Shown here piece after piece: positions 28,890-42,325 of a stretch of 64,000 nt of DNA. Within the stretch, counting starts at the first letter, position 1; the number at the start of each line of letters is the position of its first letter. The stretch is from Lingula anatina (lineage: Eukaryota; Animalia; Brachiopoda). A program made the position numbers and the translations under genes. The stretch is from the NCBI GenBank assembly GCA_051362555.1, contig CM120641.1, positions 47,808,401 to 47,872,400 on the forward strand. Direction: 5' to 3'. The notes under the pieces were generated by a model that saw only the letters and a program-made list of their open reading frames with translations, was not told the origin of the DNA and made no database searches.

Positions 28890-29639
28890 TGGTTGGGTTT
28901 TGATTAATTAAGTACACACAAGTTTACTGTTTTTTTCTTCATGAAGCATCACTGAGTGACATAACCCATGACTAAGATTTGTAGGAACTACACTTCAGTT
29001 CTAAGTATTGGACTCCATTGTTTTTCTTCAAAGTAACTCATTATTAAGGGTAAAATTTTACCAGGAGAATATAAAATGAGACCTGTATGATGGTTTCTTT
29101 GTAGATAGATAATGCTTATTGCTAGGTCTGCTGGGCAAGGGAGATCCACACAGTTCTTGGGAATACTCTGTGTTTGTAAGAAATACATCATAAGCTGGGA
29201 GAGCAGGTACAGACTATTTTTCAAGGGCTGATTGGTACTCCCTGGTCACAGATATGATAAATCATTGTTAAGAGTGTCGGTGATTTTGCTCGTGATCCTT
29301 GTACTATACGTTTTGTTGGGCGATGACAAATATGAAGGAGCACCTGCAGAATCACTGGCCTCTCTAGATATCAGTGCCATGATTATTTTGTTGCTTTTTG
29401 GATGGTTAAATTATATTTTTAGCTTTGTTGAACACCTGTGTCATTGTCTTGCACTTGCCAAAATCTATGTTAATGATGGTTGTATAGCCATGCAATGGCT
29501 GTTGTTTTTTTTTTAATGGTTGTTATTGTGCTTACGGCTTTTTTGTAAAGTACTTTTAATGTCTACTTTTGGGGGAAGGGTTTTATCCGACCACTTATTC
29601 AGATGATTAACCACATGTACACTTACACTTACAAACATG

Positions 29640-29672
<33 letters not shown>

Positions 29673-32600
29673 TTGTGTATGTTAAGTTTGATTTTTACAG
29701 TCATTGTAACCAAATGTGTATGCATGCAGCCACCCCTGAAGGATTAGAAGGTGAGCTTACTTTCATGAAAAATTATTCTAAGCTGGGGACATGAGAGTAG
29801 GTTCACCTAAAATCTATTTTTAACTTCTTGTAAGGTATGCATGAACTTTATTTACATAGCGTTAAGACTGTATTATACACATAGTGTAATGTCATAAAGT
29901 TGCCATGGTAACTACTCCAGTTGAGGTGGATTTATATTATATAGGTTATCATGGCAAGATGGAAGTTTTTAATGAATCTCAGTGATGCTAAATGAAGAAA
30001 TGGATTCTAATTGTATTCAAGAACTTTTTAAGTATGCTTGGAGGTTGGAATTATTGTCTCAAATTCTATTCTTAATTCTTTTCTTTATTTGTTAGTTTTA
30101 TCCTTTACTTTCTGAACTTGGATACCGAAGCCAAATTCTTTCAAGTCCATCCTATTATAATACTCAGAGTGAAGGACGGCTGGTCTCTACAATTGGCAGA
30201 CAACTTGGATGTGATTGGTTGTCGCCGTGGAAACTGGCATGAATATATAACCAACTTTTTCTAGAACATTTAATCCTTCAAACTTGCAGACCATATTGCC
30301 TTTTTGAAAATCATTAGGCATGGTGAAGTAGCGTCAGCAAACTGGGAGGCATGCACCATTGATTGGAGATAGGAGACGGTTTAGAAAGATCATCCATTTT
30401 TATTTTGGATTTTGCTGATGCAGAAGGAGAATTTTGTCTTTTGCATCGTCAATGGCTCGTGATTTTTGGCCTATTGCTCACCGTGTGCCTATCATTCTTG
30501 TATTTCGTAACTGTTTGTGCTTTGAATTAAAAAAGGACGGCAATTGTTGGACAATTCAGATGACAATGTTTTCTATGGACATTCTTGGGGATGTTTATAC
30601 CGTGTACTTTTACTGCACTTATTTTTTCCAACTGGATTGGTTCAACCTCCACATGTATTATTTTAAACATGTAAACTTTTTTGTGCTAGGTATAGTTTGA
30701 TGTTTCATAATTTATATGCTTATTATTATTATTTTTGGAGTAATGAAAACTGGCTTGGAGTCAAGGGCAGTGGCAGAATGTGATAGCTGTAGCCCCCCTG
30801 CCCCCAACATATACCAGATATAAAGAGAGTTTTTGATATGGGGGGTTGGGAAAGATGGTGATAATTGTTGAAGATGAGATAATGAACTTAACAACCGGGA
30901 AAAGAGGGTTGGATATGGCAATGTGCTAAGGGGCAGGGGAAGGCAGCATTAGTCGTCCCTTTAACATGGGTTGACTTAAAACTTTGGGAGATGCACAACA
31001 CCAGATTGTTGATAGAGGATGCAAAATGCAGAGATATATTTTTTCAGAAAAAAAATTTGAGAAAAAATGTGTTGTGGTGTCCAAGCTGCCGAGCAGCACC
31101 CTGATGTGGGCGGGTCTGTTGTAAACGACCCTGTTTTTCATGGTGCTTTCCTGACAGCAGCACAGTGTTCTCTAGTTGACCTCTGACTGACGGGGTGCTG
31201 TGGCCAGGGTGCAGACTAAACAACCCGGTGTGTATACTACTGTCCTATAGCAGGAGGGAAAACTTTTCTTTACATATACCAGGGGGGAGAGCATTTCTAT
31301 GTATTATACCTGCTATTATAGTACTATTACCGTGTATCGTGAAGCCATACATATATAGCTGAGATATTTTTGAAAATTTCTTGAATGCATGATTTTTTTT
31401 CCTCTTCCTTTTCTTTCTTGTTGATGAAAGGGTGGTATGTATCGTTCAGAGGCCTGATGGGATTGTTGTCATCTCGTCTCTCGTGGAGCTATCAAGCACC
31501 AGTGTGTTGGACTTTGTAAAAGTTATGTAGGTATATGTGGTTTTAGCTATAAGCCACCATTCTTTGCATTAGGGAAAAATAAGAGAAACAGTTGGTTCAA
31601 CTGCCATATAACGATTTGATCTCAACCTATAGAGTGTAGAGTTGATTATATGTTTCTTAGAGTAAAGTAGTAGTAGTGTTATTGTCTGTCTCTAGTGAAA
31701 CTTTTATCGTCGTCTGTGTTTTGTAAAACATAACAATGGTGCACAAATTTTTGAGATTCCCTGTGAATTAAAAAACTGGTTCATTTCGGGGCCTGCATGG
31801 CACGCCACATGAAGGTTGTCAGCTGCAAACAGTGGACAGAAATAGTGTATTGGGCCCACGAATGAGCATAACTGTGATGATATGGAGTCTGCAAGGGGTG
31901 GATATTTTATCTAGAGAATTCCTACAAGTGAATAACGTGGAATGTGGGGTTTTGTAAAAAAGTCAGAACAATACTTGTGGACTTTCTGATTTGTTTTCAC
32001 AATTAATCCAGTCATTAGATGGCTGTTGTTTTTTTCCTTCTTATTTTCTAGAGGGCAGATGGCATATTTAAATAATTGAGAAAGCTATTACTACCACAAA
32101 ATAGTAGCCAGCTAAACATTATTATATTTTTGTGTTGTTTTCACATTGCTTAAAGAGATGAAAAAGGTGAAGCACAGATCAAAACTGCATCCCGGCAGTC
32201 TAAATTGTGGGGCTTTTTTTGCATAAACAAAAAAGTATGAAATGTGCAATGACTATATTTATTGCAAGTACTGTATGAATTTTTTCTATGACAGAATGGT
32301 TTGCGAGCGCAGAAGGCTCCATCATACAGATAATCACAGGGACTCGCGAGTCCATCGCCTCGACATCTCATGCCTGATTTGAAATGGGAGCTCTTAAAGA
32401 CTGCACCCATTCATGTTGTTGATCCAAGGGATACTAGTAGGCTCAAGTTTTGGGGCGTGGAATAGAAACTCACCAAGGCAGAATTATTCACATATTTCTC
32501 ACTACAGATTTCATGGCACAACACATGGCGCAGAGAGATGGCGTCAGATTTCTGTGTATCGGTGATGGTGCTATTGTTTTTTTATTTTTTCTCTGGCAGA

Positions 32601-34557
32601 TGTACTGAGTTTCTGGGGGTGGTGGGGATGAGGACCTCCGTAGTCACGAAATGCACATAAAACTGTGTTCAAAAACATACAGGGGTGCTCAGCTCTTCAC
32701 ACGGAGTTATATTTTGTGCCATAAATTTTCAAGTGGACTGATCATTTGGTGATGTCGGATTTCCCCTCCCCCCCGCCCCCTCCCAAATCCAGCCACAGGC
32801 CTGTGCCATTAGTATCCCTACTTGCACAACACTAAACCTTGTCATTGTTCACATATCACAGTAGATATGCAGTGTGGCTGTAGAGTAAGTGCATATATAT
32901 AGAAATATATATACATATACATATATAGTAATCATCTTTGTGTATAGTTACATCGTAAAAAAAGTTTGCTTTTAGATGGTTATTTTTGATGATATTTACT
33001 GTCAGATTTAGTCACGTTATTGGTAATCATGTAGATTTTGTTCATTGGTCTTCGGATGTTTCTACATAATCAAATTGGATGTAGAGTTTCTCTTTTATAC
33101 CTATAGTAGATACTAAAAAAAAGTAGCCAGCATTTTAAGCTTATATTGCTTGAGGTATGCCCAAATCAGTGTTCACAGAGGCTTCAAGGAAGATGGGGGG
33201 AGAATAACACTGGCAGCCAGTAGCTGCTGCTCTGGGAGACTTATCTTGCAGTGCCTTAGTACACATACAATGAGTGTGTTATGTTACAGCATAATACCTT
33301 TCACATACGATCTAACACTGCCAACGAGCAAACGGATCACCATGAACTGGGGACGGAGATCAGAAAAAAAAAATACGTTCTAAAACTGTGATTTCAAACA
33401 GATAGAATTGTTGCCTAGACGTGACAAGTTCTCCCCAGCGTTGCGTCGTCCTAGTTCATGTGTGCTCTGGCTATTAGCCCTGTGAAGCCTAGGTGACCAT
33501 ATTAACTGACCTTTTCATAGCGCGTTCTGCAGGGTTGCCGCTTGGAGTTGACTGGGGGTTGTTATGCACATATACAATGTTTTATTATAAAAAAAATAAT
33601 TACAAAGAATGTTTTTTCTATCAATGGACTTAACTGTCATTTTCCTTACTGTGGTTGGTCAATTTGAAGTCCTGGCTGTACAAGAGATTGAAGATATCAG
33701 GCCATTTTGAGTTTTGGAAGTCCCACATACTATGCAATCATTTGAATTTGGCATTGAAACATCTATTTCTTAAAAAAAAGAAGAAAATGGATCATTTAAT
33801 GATCATAGATGTATTTCAGAACGCGTGAGAAAAAAAGCCAGGAAAACTCTTTGACTGACTATAAGTTTTGTCTCTTCCTTCTGTTTTCATCTGTGCAACT
33901 CTGTACCTGTCTCTTCTTGACAAAGCTACTTTTCAAGAAAGCGCCACCTATCCTTGTCTCATTGAAATCAAGTTACTTTTAAGTGTCATTATCTGTAGCA
34001 TACATCAAAAGATTTTATTATGACTAATTTAGATTTATCAGAGATGCTTTAGTTTTAACTTCTTGTTATTTCAGAAGAAGAGCCTCGAGGTGCCATATTG
34101 ATTGTACAGTGTTGTTTTTGTCATATATTGCATAGGTTATACTAATGAACACGATGAGTGTTGATAAAAAAAAGATTGAAAAAATAACAGTTTTAAACTA
34201 AGCAGAGTATGATACATCTTTATTTAAATGTATTTCCTTATTATTATATTATACTGCAGTGGACATGAAGGGGACTGACCAATACTGACCAGAGGCTAGC
34301 TCAAAGCACTCGGCCAGTAATTGTTGATACTGTTTTATGCAAATTTAACGAAAAAAAGACATTGCTTTTCATCAATTTGGAGAATACTACATCTGTAAGC
34401 ACTGCTTGATCAAAAGAAATTTGTCATTTATTTATTTTGGTATGGTTGATGCGTACCGGGTTATATGGGAGTACTTCTAGTTTGGCGCCTTTTGTGTTTT
34501 GTATTTAAAATGGTGGTTACTGTATTATTATGCCTTGTACTCAGTACATGTAAAGTC

Positions 34558-34563
34558 AATAAA
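34558..34563 (+). terminator. Candidate polyadenylation signal of BCL11 (long 3' UTR)
   Basis: AATAAA with upstream TGTA motifs and a downstream GT/T-rich stretch. Sequence composition changes beyond this point. Confidence 0.45.
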
Positions 34564-35309
34564 ACGTTGTACTAGTTTGAAATTTGCGTTTGAGTCTTGG
34601 AAGATTTAAAAAACATATTAAAACAGTTCAATTTATAACCAAGAAAGTATTTTGGGGTAAAATACCGAAGCTGTAAGGTGTTTTGTTATTTTGTTAAGTG
34701 ATCTGCAAGTGTATCCCATTGACTGAATTAATGCGAAACTACATTGTGGAAAAATTGTGTGTTATGAAGAATATGTACAAGAACACACTACTGGTATCAC
34801 TTCAATTCCACAGCTGAAGTTTACCGGGAGAGCCACCAGTGACGTAAAACACAATCATGAACACATCCAACAATGCCATCTCACCTAACACAATATGACC
34901 CCCCCCCCAATTGTCTATGCTAAAGTGTATATTCTATACTAGAAGCCAGCTGAGTAATGAACGTTGTTAACTTCATTCCGTCAATAAATAAATAGATAGA
35001 TAATAAATAAATAAATAAAAAGAAATAAAACTTAGCTGGACAATACATTAATGTGCACAGAATGAGAAATCTGTACAAATATCTATTAAATCTCTGTGAC
35101 GCTAGGTGAAGGTAGCTAGTAACTGCGTATTCTAATTGTTATTTTATTGAGAACTATAATGTTTAATATAAAGGTATACTAATTTTTCAGGATTTTAACA
35201 CAATTTGTTAAACAGCACAGACACGCACGTGCTCACAAGCGCGCGCGCACGCACAGACACGCACACACGAGTGTATGTGTTCAGCCCGGGAAGACGCAGA
35301 GAGAGAGAG

Positions 35310-35348
<39 letters not shown>

Positions 35349-35609
35349 ATTAGAATACGTAATTTTTAGGGAGTAAATGCAAAATTTATTTAGAAATATA
35401 TTAATAATATTTGATCACTACTTTTGAAAAGGACACGCATACCCCCCTCCCCCCTCTCCCTCCAGTACAACTGAGTTCACGAGAAAAAAACATGATTTAA
35501 TATTGGCAAATTCTCTTATACAAGATTCCAATACATCTTTAGACATGTTGTTGTTGTTAAAACGTCAGACACCATATATGCACATACGTAAACAATGCTG
35601 ATAGTTGTT

Positions 35610-37372
35610 TTATTTTCCAAAGTTCCCTCGGATGTAATCTTCTAACTGGCCACACACGGCATTTGGAGTTGGGTCACCCGATGCACAAGCTTTACCCACT
35701 GCCCATTGACAAGCCGTAAACCACAACACAGAATCTCCTGGGATGACAGCGGTGATGGTCCCTAAAGCGGCAGCAGCTGCAGTGCAGGCGGGTTTAGAAG
35801 CTATTTTACAGGAAAATTTGAATGGGGACATCACAGCTTTGCAGGAACTTCGAAGTGCTTTGACTACGAGGTCTGTTAGGAATCCCCGTCGCTGTCTGTC
35901 AAACTGGTCAAACAGAGCATCTCGTCTGGCTTCCACTTTAAACAAACAAAAACAGATATTAGCAATTAAAAGAGAAAAGTTATGCTTCGCTTATGCACGT
36001 CCACGATACTATAGGTAACAACAATGGGACATTGGCATCAAAACTTTAACATGGCACCGATATTGTGAGCACGCTTTCCGCTTAGAATACGCATCGTATT
36101 TTGCTTTATATTCATAAATTTAGTAATACGTAACTTTAAACACATTAAAAATTATCAGGGAAGAGTACACTTAACTTCACAAAGTTGGGAAAGCACGCTG
36201 CGATCCTTAATCGGCGGTTAACCAGCGATGACATGAAATCGTTTTTCGTGAGTTACACGCCAAAAAGTGGGAACCGGAGAGAGCAAATTTAAAAGTCTCA
36301 TTTAATATTAATGTGACCGGGTCATTACTACACCAATGGAAATTTCCTCTATTTGCGCTAAGTCCCTGGGCCGAATCTGAACGGGAATCAAAAATACACG
36401 CAAGCTGTGCTTTCGCTGTCGTGCGTGTCTGAGGAAACGAAACAGGATTGGGTCATAACACCTGTGATTACACGCTCAGATTACTGGATTTCCTTACACC
36501 TTGGTGTTTTATGAAAAGCAGTGTATTTCAGGTATTTTAATCCCGAAATTGAACAATTAATTTGTATAGCTCACGTGTATAGGAGATAATACTTTGTACC
36601 GAAGTTGAAAACAGAAACGATGGTAACGCACAACAACCCGTTTTTTTTTTTTTTCAGCCATCAAAATTTGCGACGAAGTGCAAATTTTGCTTTTTCCTAG
36701 TGTGTATGCTGTAAATCATCCATGAGATGACCAAAAACATGACAATACCATTCTGAGAGCTTTCTTTTCCATAATGTTCAGCTGCAAAACAGACTAACTA
36801 GTATGTCTGTGTCCCAGATTCAAGCGCCGTTTAAGTGTCACTTTCGGCTAAGAATTAAAAAGTTTAAAATACACAGCAATGTTTGGAAACACAAAATTGT
36901 CTTAAGTAATAAGATGAATCCAACCCCTTTATATGAAATCACCCCATTGTAATCCAACGCAAAGAAATATTTGGACAGACTTTTAAAGATGATAACCCAT
37001 TGTTGTCACCCAGTATTGTGGACGTGCAGTAATTGATTTACAAGTTACAAGCAGTTAAGAACCAAGTCTTTTCTTCCTTACCCTTCATGAGCATTAAAAT
37101 ACAAATCCATACAGGTTCATAAAAAAATGAAATAGTCTTCTATTTATGGGCATGAGTGCTGGTCAAGTCAAAATACAATCACTTCTTTTAGAAAGCGCAA
37201 CACATTGTATTATAATATAACTTATGTAAAATTATGACATTAAGTGCATATGTTAAAACTTACACTCTACAAATTCGATGGTATCCTCTTCCTCAATAGG
37301 CAGCTTTTTAGCCTGTGCCGAACCCAACCACAAACAGAGAGCCAACGCAACCAAGACGATGTAGGTACGCAT
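35610..37372 (-). CDS. Secreted six-cysteine prepropeptide, paralogue 1 (144 aa; putative antimicrobial or cytolytic peptide precursor)
   Basis: Exon 1 37372-37264 encodes MRTYIVLVALALCLWLGSAQAKKLPIEEEDTIEFVE (donor gtaagt, phase 1). Exon 2 35935-35610 (acceptor tttaaag) encodes LEARRDALFDQFDRQRR|GFLTDLVVKALRSSC...CGQLEDYIRGNFGK*. Gene structure and frame are conserved in paralogue 2. Function is inferred. Confidence 0.85.
36540..37030. mobile_element. Dispersed repeat, family C, within the intron of peptide paralogue 1
   Basis: Collinear similarity to ~51735-52410 (aagttgaaaacagaaac..., ccatcaaaatttgcgacgaag..., aagcgccgttt...gtgtca...ttcggctaa). Absent from the 355-bp intron of paralogue 2. 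Confidence 0.6.
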
Positions 37373-37419
37373 CTTGTCTATGGTCAAGGAGTGTATGCTT
37401 CTGTATTTTCATCTCAGAA

Positions 37420-37443
37420 TTTATAGCTTGCGATAGCCAATCA
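37420..37443 (-). promoter_or_regulatory. TATA box (TATAAA, minus strand, 37425-37420) and CCAAT element of peptide paralogue 1
   Basis: About 50 bp upstream of the ATG; conserved in paralogue 2 (40094-40089). Confidence 0.6.
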
Positions 37444-37665
37444 ACGACCGCTAAACGGTTCGTGTAATTCGCCATCTTGTTATACGAAAATCATGCACTT
37501 ATAATCTAATCAGTGTATGGGGGCGTCTTGATAACCCGAAGGTATATTGGTCCGAAAAATGGTAACATTTTCATCAGTTTTTAAACCAAGGGTTCACTGG
37601 TCCAAAGGTTCTATAGTGACAAAAGAACTTTCGGACTATAGAACCATTGGACTATTGCTACGCCC

Positions 37666-37668
<3 letters not shown>

Positions 37669-37751
<83 letters not shown>

Positions 37752-37759
37752 ACACACAC
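37669..37759. repeat. (CT)n(CA)n compound microsatellite
   Basis: Directly visible. Confidence 0.9.
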
Positions 37760-38936
37760 TAATAAACGTCGCAATCTTTTTTTCACTCTCTTTTTTAGGC
37801 CTATCATTTTTTTGTGAGTGTGTGTTTCTTTTTATTTTTCAATGGAGGTTTAACTTTCCATCCCAGATATGTGCCTGACCAGGTGTTCCCCTGCTGCCCG
37901 TACTTACAGTTGCACGTGGGTGGGTAAGCAACTGTTTGGGCTTTGGCTCAAGCGCGCATGATGTTACCCAGTAAGTATTTCTAATTTTGGTATGTTTTAT
38001 CTATTTATATTTATCTATTGCAAGGACATTTTGTATGACCGGTAAGGACATGACCTTACCGTGACAAAGTCACAGCTGGTAAAATCTCACCATCTTCTCT
38101 CATCATTGGACATTTACTTATCCCTCGTTGTCTATTTGCTGCTGAATAAAAAAAAAATAAAACTTAGCTGGACAGCACATTAATGTGCGCAGAATTAGAA
38201 GAAATATGCTAGAAAAATCTAGTATTTATACTCAGCCATGGACAAAATTACGAAGAAGGAACACATCAACCTATACCAGCTCACCTGACACCATATGAAT
38301 CCCATCTAATACGTTTTAAATAAGTATCCTCTACGCCAGAAACCAGCTAATTGATAAACGTTATTTCTGCAGTTCTGTGAAAAAATCCGCGCTTGACAGC
38401 ACAGAAATGGAATCGGACAGAAATATTTTTCAATATCTTATGAAGAAATATCTATGTGGTCCTGGTAGAGGGTAGTTAATAACTGCGTTTTCCAATTTCG
38501 CTTTATTGAGCACTATAATGTTTTATAGATGGGGACTTAAATTTTGTACACAATCCCTTCTACACACACGAGTGCGCGGGTGCACATACACACACGCGCG
38601 CGGAAATACTAGTTCATATGTTCAGCCCAAGGAAGCGCAATGGACGCAGAGGTACTGCCTAGACTGAAAGTAATCACATGTAGGGCTACGCACTGACTAC
38701 TGGCCGATCATTGACTACACTCCACCAGATTGACCCCTGGCACAGCTTGATTTTTCAGATTGACTTTTCACTCAGACATGACGCGGGTAAATTATCTGCG
38801 CTATTCGCTATTCTCTGTTCGTTTCTGTACGGCGAGCATTTGTAAAATTGGCTCAGCACTCAGCTGGCTTCTTGTATCAAGTGACCAGCGATGAGAGGGA
38901 AAGAACTCTGCCTCAGCAAAAAAAAAGGTGCAGTTT

Positions 38937-38940
<4 letters not shown>

Positions 38941-38985
<45 letters not shown>
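38941..38985. repeat. (AG)n microsatellite
   Basis: Directly visible; an equivalent (AG/TA)n tract lies downstream of paralogue 1 at ~35298-35348. Confidence 0.9.
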
Positions 38986-38989
<4 letters not shown>

Positions 38990-39239
38990 TCTATTAATTT
39001 AATTTAAGAACAGATGCAAAATTTAGTTTCTACATAAACTGATAACATTTGATCACAAATTTTTGACAAATATAAACGAAATGCAAGCTGAGTTCACGAA
39101 AAAAGACACGGTTTAATTTTGGCATATTCTTACTGATGTTTAATCATCAAAGAGACATACAGGATAGCAATATTTCTTTAACTGTGCTGTTGTTTACGTT
39201 GTACACTATATAGCACATACGTTAACAATAATAGCTCTT

Positions 39240-39756
39240 TTATTTTCCAAAGTGCTCTCGAAAGAAATTTTCAAAGTGTTCGCATATGAGATGTGCGGTC
39301 GGATCACCCTCCGCACAAGCTTTGCCAACGGCCCATTGACACGCCCCAAACCACAACGCGGAATCTCCTGGAATGGCTGTGGTGAGAGTTCCCAAACTGG
39401 CAGCGATTACAGTGCAGGCGGGGACAGAAGATGCTTGACAGGAAAATCTAAATGGTGACACAATATATCTGCAGGACCCGCGAAGAACTCCGACGATGAT
39501 GTCTCTTATTCGTCCACGTCGCTCTCTGTTAAACTTTTCAAACAGAGCATCTCGTTTGGCTTCCACTTTAAACAAAAAAAAATTTAAAGTAAGTAGCAAA
39601 CGAAAGAAACAAATGACACATGTATATACATATTGCACGCAGTTTAATTCGACATTTGCATCATTTCGCTTTTACAGACATTAAATCGGAGATACAAAAG
39701 TTCATGAATGAATTCGCAAAAATAGATAAATAAATAAACATAAACAAACAAACAAA

Positions 39757-39792
<36 letters not shown>

Positions 39793-40041
39793 CATGATAA
39801 TAACATTTTAACTTATTGGTTTGGATGCGGGTCCAAGAGAGTACAAGAGGGTACAAGAGAGTCCAATGAAATAACTCACCATTTTGGTTGCAATTGTATA
39901 GAGTATAAACTAAAACTTACACTTCACAAAGTCGACGAGATCGTCTTCTCCAACTGCATGAAATTGCATATTCGCCTGTGCTGAGCCCAAGGTGGAGCAC
40001 AAACAGAGAGCCAACGCAACCAAGACGATGTAGGTACGCAT
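39240..40041 (-). CDS. Secreted six-cysteine prepropeptide, paralogue 2 (148 aa)
   Basis: Exon 1 40041-39921 encodes MRTYIVLVALALCLCSTLGSAQANMQFHAVGEDDLVDFVK (donor gtaagt). Exon 2 39565-39240 encodes LEAKRDALFEKFNRERR|GRIRDIIVGVLRGSC...CEHFENFFREHFGK*. Exon 2 is 326 bp, the same as in paralogue 1. Confidence 0.85.
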
Positions 40042-40088
40042 CTTGTCTATGGTCAAGGTGGGTATGCAGCTGTATTTCCATCTCAGAA

Positions 40089-40112
40089 TTTATAGCTTGC
40101 GATAGCCAATCA
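40089..40112 (-). promoter_or_regulatory. TATA box and CCAAT element of peptide paralogue 2
   Basis: Identical to the motif block at 37420-37443. Confidence 0.6.
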
Positions 40113-41767
40113 ACGACCGCTAAACGGTTCGTGTAATTTGTCATCTTCATACGAAAATCATTCACTTAGCCGTGACCAGATTATTGCTTCATTACTAACA
40201 ATCTATGTGGTAATATTCCTTGATATTGGGATATGTTTTTAGTTAATTTCACTGTGGCAGAAACTGATTGATGTAAAAAGATTAAAGTTATTTGGCGAAA
40301 ATGACTCAAAAGCGGTTCTACAATTGTTATTAAACCACTTACAGTGATAATCGATAATAAATTCAAAATTGCTTCTGAAACCATGATCATAGAACTATTT
40401 AAACATTACAGCAAATGAGGGCAATCCATGTCAGAACAGCTGATCATAAGCATGGAGAAAATTACGAATAATTATGTTATTATGTTCAAGTCATAAGCAA
40501 TGAAGTGAATATCCACTTACCTGATTACCAGCATTTTATTAAATATACGTTATTATACGTTTTTTTATTCATTATGATGTCCATGGTAAATAGATAATTT
40601 TCCCAAAATTGCTGAGCAAAAGGGTTCGGACCAAAAAAAAGTGTTACCGCTCTACCTCTCTCTGCGAGGAGAAATTGAAAACAGGGGCATTTTGAAGCTA
40701 TTGAGACCTCGGTGCGTCTTTTCTGTCCATACAAGTAAGTGTGTTGTGAAAAAGAGGCAAAATGTGGAGAAGTTTTCTGAATCATTTCGAAGTTTTATTC
40801 AATTTTTAAAACGTGTATAGAACAAAAATCCAGGACTGTCTCTATTTGACATCTACTTTTAATTTTTACCATGCTCATACATTATGCAAGGAGCCAAAAT
40901 TGTAACGTATGTTCTGGGTGCATATAATTTTAATCTTTATACCGCGTTCCGATATGTTTTGTAGTGATTCAGTCATGGCAAATTATACATGGCGTAAGGA
41001 TATTTTATAGATATTTAAACTGTAACCCAAGGGGCTTTGCGTCATGGCAAATGCTACGTAACGTATGTTCCCCAGAAAAATTGTCAAAAAGCTTTATCTT
41101 GCCCAAGTACTTGTGCAATAGGAAACAGGGTTTTCTGTTGCTGACTAACAAATATATTGTGATTCCATGATAGTTTGATACAATACTTGGACCACGAATG
41201 GCAAATAGTTTAATTAATGCTTATTTGAGTGTCAGTAGGGTGTATAGTCCCCCTTTTAATATTCAGTGACAAGCAAACTAAAGCCGCTCAAAAAATAACT
41301 GCTCAATACAGAAGATTATCATATTTTTTACAATGTTATACTTGTAAGAGATAAAGGACAAAACCAGGGATGATTGAATTTTCAAAGTGAGTAAAGCGTT
41401 TGCACAACTGGAAGTTTTGCATTTGTGACAGTAACGTACAGTATGTTCCTTTTTGGGGATAGATGATGATGAATTATTATTATTTTATTCATGTACGACC
41501 CTAAAATAATCAAACATAGCCTGCAATCTGCGCACTTAATAGTTTAAGAGAATGCCTGTGACCTCATTGTACCTCTATATTGTGTTTAGGTGATTGACCT
41601 CATGGCAATAATAGCACTAAAGGCAGAAACGAGTTTAGAATTGGACATCAATGAAGTAACAGAGGGGAATTGCCATTAACTTAACATGGCTTTTTTTCCC
41701 AATTTATACACGCACATTATACATGTACAGAGGGGCGACATAAGTATTGCACCATGTATGTGAATAG

Positions 41768-41938
41768 TGCGCAGGTCCACAGATATTTTCTGACAGTCTT
41801 CCAAATTATACGTGTTGATCCATCCTCCATTTCTGACCGTCTTCCGACAAACAAAATTAGATACCTGTCAAATTAATGTAAACTTGAAAATCTGACCGTC
41901 TTCCGGAAGACCCAGAAGACAGCCCCAATCTGCCCCTG
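41768..41938 (+). mobile_element. MITE-like repeat, family A
   Basis: Collinear with 832-996; ends AATCTGCCCCTG. Confidence 0.65.
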
Positions 41939-41944
41939 TGCAAT

Positions 41945-42294
41945 GTGATATGGGGGTACCCGTTCTTGAAAAGTGATTGGCTGGTGACACTGGAGATGCT
42001 CATAAAGTACCCGAAAGTGGCCGTTCTAAAGAAGACTTGTGCCAGAGACAACGGGTGTCTTGGCATGCTGTCAAGGCTTTGGGGAACTGAACCGTACAGC
42101 ATATTAGCTTATCCTAATTTGCAGGTTAGGATAAGCTAAAGGACTTTTCAAAGAAATTTCCATGATTCAGGAATTCTCACCAAGATTTCGAGGTGGAAAC
42201 CGCTTATCACAGACTGACATGGGCTACAAGAACCCTCAATATGGTTTCAAAACATTTTCGCAAGCGTAATTTTCGTGTATAGATTGTGCTAAAA

Positions 42295-42325
<31 letters not shown>

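Noticed and set aside
35610-35935. Assignment of the six-Cys peptides to saposin-like or big-defensin families
   Set aside because: There is no saposin CxxC motif and no beta-defensin C-terminal CC pattern, so I left them unassigned pending an HMM or structure search.
35743-36018. Plus-strand ORFs opposite the peptide genes (also 39252-39684)
   Set aside because: Antisense shadows; only the minus-strand frame is conserved between paralogues and has signal exons.
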